Shown: one piece after another, positions 1-14,522 of the stretch
How the letters are laid out: the number at the start of each line of letters is the position of its first letter
Numbering within the stretch: position 1 is the stretch's first letter
From: Octopus sinensis
Taxonomy: Eukaryota
Assembly (NCBI RefSeq): GCF_006345805.1
Contig: NC_042998.1
Coordinates: 151,652,001 to 151,716,000, forward strand
DNA: 64,000 bases
Reading direction: 5' to 3'
Notes under the pieces: generated by a model
Seen by the model: only the letters and a program-made list of their open reading frames with translations
What the model was told of the DNA's origin: nothing
Databases searched by the model: none
Made by a program: the position numbers and the translations under genes

Positions 1-2990
1 AGGCGAAGCATTCAAACTAGATACCATCTATGCACTCAGTGAGACAAGATGGCCAGACATTTTTAGACGCTCTTTAGTACTAAGAGTAGATTGGAATGGA
101 ATTGTGCGGGGTTAACCCATAGAAAGGAATACAAACGCCTTGAAAACATGCTCAGACGTTTCCAACTGCCTGACAGGCACTGACTGGATTTCCCCTAACG
201 TGTCAATGTGGACTTGACAACCACGATGGATCTTACAAATCGTATTAAGATAAAGTATTCGTTAGGTTAGCTGACAGGGATACTTTAATCGGATCGCCAA
301 TTTGTGAAATTCACAGTCATCTTAGATAGTATCCATAGACAGGGACCCGGCGTCTTTCCTGAAGCGAAAAGACTATTGACGAGTCAATAGCATTTGGTAA
401 AGAGCATATGATAGAGAAAAATAGATTAGAGGAGTTAGTTAATAAACTAGAAAAGGCAATTAGAAATGGCATTGCAACCAATGTGATAGCAGTAAGAATG
501 GACTCCGACCATTTCTTCAATGCGAAATACAAGAAAGAACGACAGCCGTTCGATGGGCTTGGGTGGTGAAAGCGCGACGTGGCAACGAAGTCACAAGTCA
601 GTCTTCCCAACAGCATTTGCTCAAATCTTCAGAGAAAGTGATAAATCACACAGAATTATGGACTTTTGTGCTTACCTCGATAGTCTGCCGTGACTCTCGA
701 AAGAAGCGACAAGGCACTGCGAAAGGCCAATAACAGCAAATGAGATACGCAAAGTCTTGAGTGGGACAAATCGTCCGGTTTGGATGGTTTTCTCTATGAG
801 TTTTATGGTTATATGACAGAGCTGTTTGGTGAGCTCTTCACAAACTTCTACCGCAACTAACAGCAAGGCAGAAGAAGTCTTAGTTCTCTGAGCAGGGGTG
901 TGCTAACATTTCGGAGAAAGGACGCCAATACAGAAGATATTATGAACAATTTCTGACCCATAAACCCTGCTAAATGCAGAGTTTAAAATTATGGCCAAGG
1001 TGTTGGCAAAGAGGTTGGGGCTTGTGGTAGATGGTTTGGTCGGAGAAGTTCAAACGTGTGCAATCACTAATAGGTCCATCTATGACATCCTCCTCTTCAT
1101 GCATCACATCATAGAGAGAATGGTAAACAAATCTGGCATCGGTGGAGCTCTGATCAATTTGCATCAATCAAAAGTGTTCGACAGGTTCAATCATCGCTAC
1201 TTGGCAGCAGTTCTAAAAGAGTCTGGTAAAAGTGTCAGTGGCTGGATCACAGCAATGCACAGCGGTGCTTACTCGGTGGTCAAAGTAAACGTTCACCATT
1301 CGGAACCGTTTAATATCACGCACTCGATCCGTCAGGGCCCTCTTCTCTTTTCTCTCCTCTACGTTCTAGAAATCGAGCCTTTGCTGCATAAGCTAGAACT
1401 CCCGAGGGACATCCTTTTCGAAATGGAATGCAGGGAGTTGTGTTCGCGTATGTAGATGACGTCACCGTAATGGTGACATACACCACGGATGTTCAAGTAG
1501 TCGAATCCATTTTAAAGGAATACGAGGCAATGATAGGAGTTAGTTAAATCCGAACAAATCGGTAGGCTTGCGACTCGGCAACTGGAGAAAGAAGTCTATG
1601 CCAACGAACAGCACATTAAGTCGATGGACAGACAGACCGGTGAAATTGCTTGGGGTTTAGTTTGGACCGGGTTTCCAGGTGGATAAGAACTGAGATAAGG
1701 TTTCAAGCAGGTTGGCCGGTCTCACTCAGAAATGAGCTACGAGAAAATCATCCCTGAAAGGTCGAGCAGAGGTTGACAATACTTATATCGCCTCCTTAAA
1801 AACTTATCACCTGACTGTTGTACCTTACTGCAGCTCACGCTCGGCCGAAAAGGAGCATTTACTTTTCCACTTCCTGTGGCAAGGATGTGTTTCATTGATT
1901 AGTCATACCAGTGCCATCTTGAAGGCAAAACTGGCATGCCATAGTTGCTAATACACAAACATGCACTGCGGTAACACCACTTACAGATTTTCCTGGACGG
2001 TGAGCCAGTGTGGTTTCCATTTGCAGCACACGCATTTCAGCAGCTCAACTCATTGACGGAGCTGCAATGATGGGTCATGAAAAGACCAGATTGGGAGCAT
2101 GGCATTTGGAATGTCGTCAGTTGCTCACTGCTCACTACTAGTCTGACAATGCGGTTGGTGGATGTACTACGGTAGAAATATATCGAAATCTAGTGGTGGT
2201 TAAGAGCGATGATGTTCTCAAGGAAACTCTTGGCATCGACCAGGATGAACCAGCATTGTCAAGCAGTACATGAGAAGCAGTACTTCTCAAGAACTAGCAT
2301 TGTCAAACATTGTCAAGCAGTCCAAGATGAGTGAAGAACGATGAAACCATTCTGCACACACTTATGCAGTGTTCGAGTATTGCGGAGTTTTAGAGTTACG
2401 TCCAACAGTTGATATTGCATGCGGAACGAATCCGCCTATCTGTCGAATCCATCATAAGGATTGTCCACCACTCACCTTTAATAAGGAAGGGCAGGCGGGT
2501 TCCTCTGTCTAATGGCTATGGTAAACAAGATTTTGTGGTGGACGAGGCTAAAACGATCAAAGAAAGACACCTTCTTAGGTCAAGCCCTCAATAACTTTTC
2601 AAAGTTCCACTTAGAAAGAAAAGTGAGGGTGGAGAGGGAAGTGCTACTTCACATGAATTTGTGAAAAGATGGGCGACTATGACTAAAGAAGTTAGGGAGA
2701 ATGGCCCTACTCTAAGTATGCGCCTATAGATTGGTGGAGAGCAACAGTTGGGAAAGGACTTGTACCTTCGAAGATCAGGGTTATCTTGGATCTGTGGGGT
2801 TCCTTGGTTGATCCTAATTTGAATTTCTCCTGTATCTGGAGGACTGCATCACTCATGTTATTACACACTTCGTATACTATGTATACCTTTATCGCGTTTC
2901 CCTGTCTTTTCCATTTCTTTCTCCTCACACATGTTGTTGAGTGTTATTAGTTTCACTTCATCTATGCCTCAGTGGCTGATAAAATAACTT
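1..2990 (+). mobile_element. Decayed Tx1/L1-clade non-LTR retrotransposon ORF2 (RT, C-terminal Cys/His region) and 3' UTR
   Basis: ORF 991-1455 (AKVLAKRL..QTCAITNRSI..LINLHQSKVFDRFNHRYL..QGPLLFSLLYVL) is L1/Tx1-type RT; DDV-type motif at ~1455-1465; NDETILHTLMQC near 2340-2390; ORF ends EFVKRWATMTKEVRENGPTLSMRL* at 2729; many stops and frameshifts. Confidence 0.85.
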
Positions 2991-3009
2991 CTTATTATTA
3001 CTATTATTA

Positions 3010-5480
3010 TAGTTCATATACACACAAGAGATTAGACTGTTGGAAAAGAAAAATTCCTAACATCATTCTAGAACAAGTAACCTTAGATGCCAAGAACCCT
3101 CCTAAGTATCGTAGCTGTCACTAATAATACTGTTTTCTGGAGCTGTGGGTTTTACGCATATTTCCTCTATCCATTTGTTCAAATCTTAAGGAATAGTTCC
3201 TAATGCACCTATAACTACTATGATACATTTTACTATGATACATTTTACTATGATACATAGTCACTGTATTTCAATGGCTAGGTCCTGCTACTTAGCTATT
3301 TTTTCTATACTTCTCATATTGAATTATCTGGCACTTTCTATTTTCTGTCTACTACTACCGAATCAGGCCTTCTAGCTTCTATTACTCAGTCTGAATGTTA
3401 AAGTTCCACAGCATTTTATACTTTTGCTTTCTAGTACTTTACAAGATTCATGTTCATACCATTTATCTGTATGGTCAAATCCTAGCGTTTAAAAAAATCC
3501 CAGTGGATTACGCTCCCTGGGTTCTCATATCATTTTTGTATTATTTCTGTGCCAGCATGCTACATTCACTTACTATATGAGTAACACTTTCCTCATTTGG
3601 TTTGCATAAACTACATTGGGAATCTACTTGGTTTTTGCCTATCTTGTTTATCCAAATGTTTATCCAATTAGTCCTTAATTCTTGATCTTGTGCTACTACT
3701 AAAAACTTTCTGTCTCCCCTTTCACTTTTCTGGAAACATAACCATGTCTCACTACTACTATTTGCTGCAAACATCTCTAGGAACCTACCATGCAAAGCCA
3801 TCTCCTGCCAGTCAGATAAGTTTTGTTCCTTTTTCTGGTTTATAACTTGATTTGGCTTTTTGATTTCCCTATGTCTTACTGTGACTCTTAATAAACTTTC
3901 TTCACTATTACCTACATAGAAGTCTATGTATACTCTAGCTTACTACACGCAGTTTTACAGCCTTCACTAGATTCAGACCATCTAGCTTTGATTTCATTAG
4001 CTTCCTTACTCTTCTGATGTACTCCTTCTCAATTTTCGTTTTCATTTCTATAGTTAATACTCTGTCAGATTTTAATATTCCTAGATACTTATAACTCTCC
4101 TTATTATAATGACTTTAATGTCAGGCCACTTGAACTAACTCTGGTCCTGGGCCCTTCCAATTCGACATTTTCCCTAACACTGTATTCATTAATGCACCAG
4201 TTAATCTTAGATCTGTCTACTTCTCACTGACTACTTCTCACTTTGTTTAACCACACTGCATCTCCCTTATGATTGACTGGCTTATCCCAAATATTACTCC
4301 AGAACTTTCTAGCTTCTTCTGCATTAGACTTCTCATCTTCAGTACTTTCTTCTCCCTCATTTGGTTATAAAATCTCCTCTGGTCTGCCTCAAATAATCTA
4401 TTCTGTTGATACTGATCTATTTTTTTCTGATATCTGGAAAGCCAACATGCGACTGCTATAGTTCACTGTTTCAACTCTACTGTGACTGTCCCAAATCCTT
4501 TCTCTTTGACTAAGTATTTTTTGTCAAGAGATTTAAATCTTGTCTTTCCTAACTTGTTTTTTTTTCTGTTCTACTCAGATCTTGTCTAAAAGTTTTCACT
4601 TGAAGACAAGTTTCGCTTAAAACAAGTTTTGTAGTCTCCTTTTCCATATTTGCACTTTTCGAATTTGTCCTTGTGGAATATCTAATCTTCTAGTGACAAC
4701 TACCCCTCCTGCATAGATCTATAAATTAGTGTTTCCTATATTTTTAGGATCTGATAACAGAATCTACTTTCCTAGTCATTTATACCAGCTTCTTTGCCGG
4801 CACCATTTAATACTGGCTATCTTTTCTTACTTCTTTACTCTTTAATTCCTGCGACTCATCTAAAATATTCTGATCTTCCTCACTTAAATCACTTAAATCG
4901 CTGGTGCCAGTGTCCCTTCCTTATTGGTAGTGCTAATATTATCTTTTTTGTTTAGCTTCTTTGGTTTGAGTTGTATCTCTTATGTTGTTGTTTGTCTTTC
5001 CTACTACATGATCTTTCTTTCCCAGTTCCCTTGTGATCTCTTCCACCTCCAATTATGTCATCCTATTTCTTCTCTTAATAGCATTAGCTTGATCTACTAG
5101 TCTCTACTCAGTCACTTTAAACATACCCTTCTCTACCCAAACTGTTAACATTCGACTCTTCTTTTAGGTTCACTTTCTAAGTAGCACTGCATCACTATCC
5201 TGTTTTCTTTGTTTTCCACTTCCTGCTCCTTATTCTATTATCTACTGATGCTGTCTTAGGGTAACAGCTCTGGTCACTCTGCATCTTTACTGAACCATTG
5301 CCGAACGAGAGGCCTTCTCTTAAAGGTCCAACCTCATTTTCGCTGCTACACCACAGTTTCTTGGCAAACTCTTGTCTCTCATAAACTGAGGTAAGGTAAA
5401 GTTCAGTATGACCGTCATCACCACTATAATTTTTCGACATTTGATAGTTTCAAGTAACTTTCTATTGTATCACTTGCTGC
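3010..5480 (-). mobile_element. Old R4/Dong-clade LINE (RT, CCHC, restriction-like endonuclease), decayed
   Basis: ORF 3541-3801 ends CSLCKPNEESVTHIVSEC; ESYKYLGI..KEYIRRVRKLMKSKL near 3950-4100; ends LRRVLGI* near 3085; degenerate (TTA)n at the 3' junction ~2990-3010. Confidence 0.8.
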
Positions 5481-5817
5481 ACTTTTGTACTGGTAAGGTG
5501 TGTGTTTCATTTTTCTGCTTTTTCTTTTTTACTTTGAGGAATTTTGTATCGCATCAGTATGTTTCGTTATGGGGTTTGGTTTGAGTCTTTCGTTGTATTA
5601 GTTTTTTATTGTGAGCTGTTCGTGCAGTGCAGGTTGTGATTTTCTTTTGGGTATCGGACTTCTATAATACACGTTATGGGCTTTGTTCAATTTATTGTGT
5701 ATTTACTGTATGAGTTTATTCCCGTATTCTTATAGAGAAGTGCTGCACAGTAGTGTATGTAAATTATAAATCAACCGTCTCATAGTATGCATGGTTATCT
5801 GTCCATCGTTCTTTGTA

Positions 5818-5819
5818 AC

Positions 5820-5860
<41 letters not shown>

Positions 5861-5881
5861 TATAATAATAATAATAATGAT

Positions 5882-5956
<75 letters not shown>

Positions 5957-5972
5957 AATAATGATAATAATA

Positions 5973-6049
<77 letters not shown>

Positions 6050-6050
6050 T
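5818..6050. repeat. Compound trinucleotide microsatellite (TAA)n-(TGA)n-(TCA)n
   Basis: Directly visible; source of the poly-N/I/M ORFs in the track. Confidence 0.95.
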
Positions 6051-6062
6051 AGCATTATTATT

Positions 6063-6277
6063 GGCGAGCTGGCAGAAACGTTAGCACGCCGGGCGAAATG
6101 CCTAGCGGTATTTCGTCTGCCGCTACGTTCTGAGTTCAAATTCCGCCGAGGTCGACTTTGACTTTCATCCTTTCGGAGGGGGAATTGATAAATTGCGTTC
6201 CAGTGAAACACTGGGGTCAATGCAATCGACTAGCCCCTTCCCCCAAAATTTCAGGCCTTGTACCTATAGTAAAAGGG

Positions 6278-6280
<3 letters not shown>
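6063..6280 (+). mobile_element. tRNA-derived SINE (Octopus-type) with (TTA)n tail to 6370
   Basis: A-box-like GGCGAGCTGGCAGAA and B-box-like GAGTTCAAATTCC head; body ends in a (TTA)n array. Confidence 0.8.
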
Positions 6281-6351
<71 letters not shown>

Positions 6352-6370
6352 CATCATTATTATCATTATT

Positions 6371-9300
6371 TGGATTGAGTCAGGTTCGGTCTCATTCCTA
6401 GTAGCATTTATGTGGGTAGCGGGTTACTACTTGTAACGTTATGTATCCACAAGTTTTCAGCTGTCTTTCTAGTGCTTAAAACTCTCCTGATAACCTTTTC
6501 TGTCCCTAAGAGCCAAAGTTTCCGTAGGAGTTCTACAAGGAATCCTATTCCAATCTCTTTCAGCCATTTGTTTATACATTTGCTTACTGTCCCCAACATC
6601 CCAGTTATTATAGGTACGACCTTTACAGTTCTCATGCTCCAAATTCTTCCTATTTTAAATTTTAAGAGATTGTATTGTATTCTTGCTTTTCGTCCTCTTT
6701 CATTACGATCCTGGAATCAACTGGGCACGATGGATCGATTAATAAGCAACTTCGCGTTCCTTTATCTATAATTGTTGTGTCCGGACTATTATCTTCTAAC
6801 TTCTAACTTCTGTTTACAGCTTCAAATCCCCGTTTCTGGCACAGTTTCCTATGTAAAACCTCAACAGCCTTGTCGTGCTTCCATTTCTTATATACTTACT
6901 GTGCCAATTTGGGGCATTCTACCACAATGTGTGCCACTCTCTCGTTCCAAGTTCCACAGGCTCTACATTTTTCTGACACATTCTCTCCACATATATTTTT
7001 CTCAAGTTATTTGTTTTTATCGCTTGATCTTGGGCTGCCTCAATTAGGCTTTCTGTTTCTATTTTTAACTACCCTTTTTTAATCAAGCCCAGGATTTTGT
7101 TCCACATATGTTATCAGTGGCTCTCTAAAATTGGCCATGCAGTGGTTTCTCTTTAATCTGTCTGACGTGCTCTCTTTGTATTTCATTCTTGTTCTTTTCT
7201 CCTATTATGCGTTTCATCACCTGTTTTTTATTCACTGTCTTTAGTAGTTTTTATGAGCTGCTCTGTAAATATTCTACTAGGCTTTATCTTTCAAACTGTA
7301 CACATTCGTCTGCTGCTATTAAGACACTTCCACCCTGGTCTCGCCTCAAGTACAGCCGATTGATATCAGCTTTCGGATGGTGAGCTCCATACATTGTCAA
7401 CAACTTTCTAGTTTTTCTGTCAATTTTCTTTATATCGTTTCTGGTCCAGTCTACAATTCCAGCTCTATATCTGATGAAGAGTACTGCTCTTGAATTTATT
7501 AATTCAATAAGATCTTTTGAATTCAGCTTTTACTGCAATAATTTTCTTACACTCCTTGTGTACTCCCTACTGCTAATTTGTTTCATTTATTTATTTTTCA
7601 TTTCCTTTGCTTCCAGTATTCCCAAGTTCTTATACCACTGTCCTTTCTCAACCACTCTCATTGTTTGCCCATTTGGCATTTCAATTCCCTGGCTTCTTTC
7701 AAATCTGCCTTATTTTATTATCAATACAGCGCATTTTTCTATCCCAAATTCCATACCCCCATCATTTGAGGAAATGCAAATTGTAGGTACAGAAATTTCA
7801 AGCTGTTTCTCATTTTTCGCATAAACCTTTATATCATCCATGATTTATCTGACCTTTTCCTTTTCCCAAATCTTTTCCTAGCATCATAGTGAGCGGCGTG
7901 ATAGTCCAATACGAACAGTAATGAAGATAAGCTATCACCTTGGAATATTCCACGTCTGATGTACACTTTTCTGGGTTTTTGCTTTTCTCCGATCAATCCA
8001 GTATTCCAATGTTTCATACTTTCACGAAACATTTTCTCCCTGTTTTTTTTTTTGCTATTCCAGATATGCTCATTGTTTTACTTATCTAACTGTGTAGTAC
8101 TACGTCAAGCTTTTTTGTAATTTAGCCATGCTATATTCAGTCCCATCAATCTGCCTCTACAACTTCTAATAAGTGACCTTTTGTTGCCCTATTTTGTTTC
8201 TTGCATCCTTTATGTAACTGTTTAAAGTTCTTCAGCCAATAGCCTTGTACTCCATCCGGGCCTGGTCCTTTCCAACTTGCTATATTGTTTAACTTCTGTC
8301 TCATTGTATATAGGTTAATTCAGACGTCCTTTTGTCTTGGTACTGTTTCAAATTGTCTTTCCACCTTTGTTAGCCACTCCGCGCTTTCTTTATGTCTCGC
8401 CGGCCTGTTCCACAGCCCTCCCCAAGGTTTACTTTCTTCCGCAGCTGGAATCAGTTCCTGGTGTTGGCTTCCCTCTATTTTCTCAAATAGACGCCTTCTA
8501 TGTGATTAGAATAGTCTATTCTGTTCAAAGCCTTTACATCTAGCATCATATCTTTTCAATTTGTCCTTCAATGCTGTCACCTTTTATGTCAATTCTTGTC
8601 TAATGTTTGTTTTCCCCTTTCTTCTAACCTATAGTCCATTCAAGTTTCTGATTACTCCCTTATTCTTGAGCTTTCCTCTCATTATCCTGTTCAATTGCCC
8701 AGTTCTTTCCGTGTCTTTTCCAGTTTCATTCGTATTCTCTTCCTTCAGTTTGGTTCTTTCTTTTCATTTGCTTTTATATCTTCAGTTTTTCGCTTGTAGC
8801 CTGCTATGTTAGCTACGACATTAGCAGCAGCTATGATTAGCTGGTTTGTTTCACTGATGTTTTCTATTTCAATCAAGCTTCAAACGTCATTTACTTTTCC
8901 TATGCCTCCCCTTGCCTTTTTCTGTCTATATATCTTATATCTGCTGGTTCTTCATTGTTTCCATCGGTTCCTATTGTTCACATCTGACATTTTTCCAAAC
9001 AACATTTCTAAAATCTCCTTCTCTTCATCATTCTAATATTGTACTCACTGTCACTTGTCCATCTAGATCGTCTTCATTAGTTACTTTGTTAGTATTCACT
9101 GGTACTCTGCAGTTTCCCTCTATGTCATATTATTCATCTCTAACCACTTCATTACTGTTTACTACTACTGCTGTTTCACTCTCTTTCTGCTCTTTTTTTT
9201 TTATCTTTCTCTGAATTTCTTCAGTCTCTACTCCCGTAATCCAGTCGTTCTCACAGATTGCTCTTGCTTGGTCTATCAGTAGTTGGGCATATTTTTCATC

Positions 9301-9830
9301 CCTTATTCTCTTCATTCGATACACGAAGCTTCTTTTATTTGGCTCACTTCTCAGCCAGCTTTCCATTATTATTTTGTTTACATCATTTTTCCCATTTCAT
9401 TATTTTTCTTTTGCACTTTTGGCTGCGATTTTGGTCCTGATCAATAGCTTGATGGCGACCTAATGGAGCTCGACCAGACACTCCCTGCTTGCTGTGCGCA
9501 ATACCTTCACTATTAAAGATTTCAGCCCCTTTAGCGCAGTGGTGGTCATTATTTAATGTTGACATCGTTCATTTAGAGGTAGCATTTGTAAGATTGTGCA
9601 ATCACCAGTATTTTCATCATGACACCATCACTAGTTGGATTACTAGCCAAGGCTCTGAGTATCCACACCTACCTTCGTGTACAGTTTTTTTGCGCCAGTC
9701 TCGTTCACTTCATTGTTTTATATCTTCGTATTTGACATTTTCACTCATGTGAATTTTGGTGTTGCGGTGACACATTTGTCTTTTAATCTGCATGCTTTAT
9801 GCGATCACTTGCAGAGACACAGCTAGCGCC
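6371..9830 (-). mobile_element. R4/Dong-clade LINE, internally deleted and decayed
   Basis: ORF 6408-6635 (VVPIITGMLG..LGTEKVIRRVL) is a REL C-terminus; ORF 7829-8032 has RRGIFQGDSLSSLLF; N-terminal region 8300-9400; 3' end abuts (TAA)n on the element strand. Confidence 0.85.
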
Positions 9831-9849
9831 CTAGGGCAAGTAGTACTTA

Positions 9850-10030
9850 AGAAATGTTGAAGGATAAGTGAAAGCTTGAGAAGGGTAGTACAAAAATACA
9901 TTCAGATAATACAACACAAACATTTAAACTGATAGGGTTTTACTAAGGATGTGGAGGTACTTGTCAGCACTATCTTTTGGATTACTTTGAGATATGGTTC
10001 TTCTGGGATGTTGTCTAGATGTTCCAGACA
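9850..10030 (-). mobile_element. 3' fragment of another R4/Dong-like LINE
   Basis: Frameshifted LDNIPEEPYLKVIQKIVLTST/HILSKTLSV* matches the ORF C-terminus of the copies at 32.6 and 40.0 kb. Confidence 0.6.
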
Positions 10031-10247
10031 CTCCTTTTTTATCACACTTAGAACGCTTACAACAACAGGAACAGATTTGCTTTAAGATGCCATATCTTTT
10101 ATATTTTAATTTTCAGGTCCATATATTTACTAAGCTTGCCAAATTCCTTTACAGACACATAACATCTCTTTCGGAATATATATGTAATCTTAACTCCAAA
10201 TATTAATTTACAAAAAAAAAAAATTAACTTTCAGTATCTCTGTCGAG

Positions 10248-10288
<41 letters not shown>

Positions 10289-10291
<3 letters not shown>

Positions 10292-10440
10292 AGAGTTTAC
10301 GAAAAAAACAAAAGACGAAGACAAGTGGTGTACAAAACAAACAGATGTATTAGTATAACACTCAGGAATAGAAAAAGTATTTTACGTTTCGAGCCTACGC
10401 TCTTCTACAAAAAGGGACACAGAAAAAAACAAGGAGAGAT
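10289..10440 (-). mobile_element. Penelope-like pseudo-LTR 3' end with degenerate hammerhead (10378-10413)
   Basis: Minus strand ttt-TTGTAGA-A-GAGC-GTAG-GCTC-GAAAC-GTA-aat; same family as 21540-21652; 3' end runs into (TA)n at 10250-10288. Confidence 0.65.
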
Positions 10441-11520
10441 TCAGAATATATTTGGAATTAGAAATTCAATGATATTATCACATAATCATTCGTTTTCTAA
10501 TCATAAATTAAGCCACTCAACATTAGTTTCTGAATATATATCTATGGATTCTTAAATCCAAATTAAGAGTCCATTTTGTAATGATAAATGAGAACACACG
10601 ACATCTCTTTCAGTATATATTTAGAATCTTCAATTCAAAGGCATCATTACATATACATATATTTCTTAATGACAAAACAATCAACCCATATTTTGGAATA
10701 TTTTTGGAATTATAAATACGAAGGAATCATGATATTATGCGCAATCTTAAATTAAATATTATCATCACATAAACATTCCTTTTGTAGTCTTAAAATGAAA
10801 CATCTCTCTCACGATATATATGTAATCTTAAATCCAAGGGTGTTATCATATAAATATCTTTTTAGTCATAAATTTCCACTCATCCACTCCGAAATAAATT
10901 TGGCACACTATGGTATCATCAAATAAACATACATCTATCATAAATTAAAACACTCAACATAATTTCAGGTTATATATGGAACATAAAATCAAAAGATGCC
11001 ATTACATAATCATTCATTATCTAATAAAAAATAAAAATACTAAAATCATTGTCGGAATCTTAAATATAATTCTCATTATCACATGAGCATTCTATAAATT
11101 AAAACACTCAGCATATTTTCCGATTATGTATGCGAACTTTAGGCCAATGGTATCATCGCATAATTAATTTTATAATCGTAAATGAATCTACTGAATACCT
11201 CGGATTATATATATGTATGGAACCTTAAATCCAATACTTTCAGCATATCAACATTAATCTTCTTATCATAAATTAAAAGACTCCATACTTTATTGGGAAA
11301 TATATGGAATACTGAATATGAAATTATCATCACATGAACATTAGTTTACACATCAAATATTAAAGCACTAATAATTTCTGTCGGAATACAAACGGATCTT
11401 AAATATTATGTCATCATTAGCATCTTTTGTAATCAAGAATTGAAGCAATCAACGTCTCTTTCACAATATATTTGGTATTTTCAGTCCAAAGTTACCATAA
11501 TATAAACATTCATTTTCTAA
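10440..11520. repeat. Degenerate tandem repeat, ~70-90 bp period, ~12-13 units
   Basis: Recurring GGAATCTTAAAT..ATCATCACAT..CATAAATTAAAACACTCAAC motif (e.g. ~10505, 10942, 11096, 11269). Confidence 0.65.
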
Positions 11521-11654
11521 TTCATATATATGAACATATATGTGCGTGAGAGTGAGTGTGTTCCTAATTGTGTGTACATATGTATGTACGTACGTATGTA
11601 TCTATATATACACACACACACGTATGTGTGTGTGTGTTTGTGTATGCATGTATG

Positions 11655-12000
11655 TATACAGATATATGACTTGGGGCTTCCATCCCTTCAGCGTCGATAA
11701 AATAAAACACCACTCATATACTGGGATCGATTATATCAATTAATGTCCAACCCCAAAATTTTGGGTATTGCTATTAATTTAGATATAACGAATATTGGGA
11801 TTGTGGTAGTTTATAGAATCGATAGAGCACCGTACAAAGTGCATTATTTAGTTATGTATCTTTAAGTTTTGAGCTCAAGTCCCGACTTTATCTTTCATTA
11901 AGGATGAAGAATCAGTGCCAGTCAAATACTGCAATCGATGTAATCGGACGTAGCACCCCACTCTAATTTTGGCACTGTTGAGTCAATGTTAGAAGTCAAT
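11655..12000 (+). mobile_element. Degenerate SINE remnants
   Basis: Similar to the 3' half of the 6063 SINE (CTTCCATCC..GATAAAATAA..ACTGGGATCGAT..CCCCAAAATT). Confidence 0.45.
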
Positions 12001-12142
12001 ATATCAACACAATTTCACTCATTCATGTCAGCGCATGTTTGGATGAGAATATCATAAAGAAAAGGAGAGAAAACAGATAGAAATGTGTATGTAAGAGGGG
12101 GTGGAGACGGTGAGGAAAGAAATGGCAATAAGGAAAAAATGA

Positions 12143-12174
<32 letters not shown>

Positions 12175-12542
12175 GGGCTGAGAGTGGGCGCTTACAAGGC
12201 ATGAACCAATAACCTAAGACTAATAATGAGCAGCGTAACAAAGTGAACGCAGTGGGGTGGAACGATATATGTTTTATCAACGTTAGCGGTATTGATTTAT
12301 ATATACGTGATGGGTGGCAGCCGGGTGTCTATAGAGGCATAAGCACACACGTACACACTACACACATACATATATGCATAAACACATATGCATAATATTA
12401 GGTATAATTATAGAACAGGTATACGAAGCCGATATGAACTCACACGCATATATATATTTTCTACGTATAGATATATATACACATACACACACATGTATAT
12501 ACATATAAGTATGTGTGTATAATGCATGAGTGTGTTTATATA

Positions 12543-13801
12543 TTGGGTTGTCCGAAAAGTTCGTGCCGATTTTTAAAGGAAAGAAAAGGGTCAATAAATA
12601 CTTGCCATTACATTTTTAATCAACCAAATATGAACCATTTTGTTGCACACTGCGTCTCCATCTTTCCTTTAACTTGAAAATACCGTCTTCCCAGAATTGA
12701 GGTGATTTCATGGCAAAGAATTCATCAAGGTATCTTTTTACGTCATCCAAGAAATTGAAATTTTTACCATTAAGACTATTCTGCAGTGACCTGAATAAGT
12801 GGAAATCCGAAGGAGCAATATCTGGTGAATATGGAGGGTGGGGTAACACTCCCAGCCGAGCTGCAGCATTTGGTTCCCAAATAAACGTGCGGTCTTGCAT
12901 TATCATATTGGAAAACAACACTCTTCCTGTTGGCCAATTCTGGACGTTTCTCTTGAATTGCTGCTTTTAACTCGTCCAGTTGTGTGCAGTATTTTTCAGA
13001 ATTAATTGTCTGGCTACTTGGGAGAAGCTCAAAGTACAGAATTTCTTTCCAATCCCACCAGACACAAAGCAAGATTTTTTTAGGGTAAAGACCCGCTTTT
13101 GGGGTGGCTAAGGCTACTCCAGGATTGCTTTCTTTGAACATTTCGGTAGATAATCCATTTCTCATCACCTGTCACAATTTGCTTTAAAAAAGGCGCGTTT
13201 TCAATCCGTTTATAAAGCCAATCACAGATGGCAATCCGATCCAAAAAGTTCTTCTCACTCAACTCATGTGGTACCCAAACATCGTAGCGTTTTGTGTACC
13301 CAAGCTTTACCAGGTGCTCATGGACGACGGATTTTGATAGGTTGAGGCTTTCTTCCAATTCTCGGGTTGTGCAATGTGGGTTATTCTCAAGTAATGACTT
13401 GATTTGGTCATTATCTGTAGTGGATGGTCTGCCTGATCGCTCTTTATCAATAAGGCTACAATCTCCAGCTCGGAACCTTGCGAACCACTTCCGTACAGTT
13501 CTTTAGGATAAAGAAACATCACCGTAAACTGCGCATATTTCTTTGGTTGCTTGTGAGGCATTTTTCCCTTTACGGAAAAAGAAAAGCATCAAGTGCCGAA
13601 AATGAACTTCCTTATCTTCCATTTTAAAGGGCTACAGAATTAACACAGATTATAGGAACATAAACCTTCTACGAAAAGATAGCTTAAACTGTGCTCTAAA
13701 TGGAGGTGTAGTCAAATCCTATTTTATGGAGTCGAACATGTTCTAAGATAAGTCGAAAGGTAAGCTACTATAAATCGGCATGAACTTTCCGGACAACCCT
13801 A
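12543..13801 (-). mobile_element. Full-length mariner (DD34D) transposon, transposase frameshifted (13622 to 12616)
   Basis: TIRs TTGGGTTGTCCGAAAAGTTCGTGCCGATTT / AAATCGGCATGAACTTTCCGGACAACCCTA flanked by TA; motifs WVPHEL, VTGDEKW, QYDNARPH, YSPDIAPSDFHLF. Confidence 0.95.
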
Positions 13802-13864
13802 TATATATTTGTGTGTGTGTGCGTGTGTGAGTTTATATATATATATATAATATAATATTCAAAA

Positions 13865-14167
<303 letters not shown>

Positions 14168-14219
14168 TCTATGTATGTATGTATGTATGTATGTATGTAT
14201 GTATGTATGTATGTATGTA

Positions 14220-14398
14220 TTTGTGCGTCTGTATTTGCCCCCCCCCCACCACCACCATCACTTAACACCGATGTTGGTCTGCTTACGTCCCCGTCATTTA
14301 ATGGTTCGGCAAAAGGCTTACAAAGAACAAGTCCTGGGATTGATCTGTTTGACTAAAGGTGGTGCTTCAGCATGACTGAAAGAATTAAAAGAAAAAAA
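14220..14398 (+). mobile_element. SINE 3' half
   Basis: CCGATGTTGGT..CGTCCCCGT..GGTTCGGCAAAA..GACTAAAGGTGGTGCTTCAGCATG, homologous to 17467-17680. Confidence 0.75.
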
Positions 14399-14411
14399 CT
14401 ATGTATGTGTG

Positions 14412-14494
<83 letters not shown>

Positions 14495-14522
14495 GAGAAA
14501 GAAGCAACAAGAATGGATTAGT

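Noticed and set aside
3010-5480. Apparent excess of TA/CTA suggesting RIP-like hypermutation
   Set aside because: No close homologue in the window to polarise the changes; translated segments look like ordinary divergence of a separate subfamily.
5700-5817. Possible plus-strand Dong 3' end (RIL/REVL-like) before (TAA)n
   Set aside because: It needs a frameshift and the upstream residues do not match; too weak to call.
6063-6150. tRNA-like heads of SINEs as tRNA genes (also 16997, 20790, 28463)
   Set aside because: No complete cloverleaf; each continues into a SINE body.
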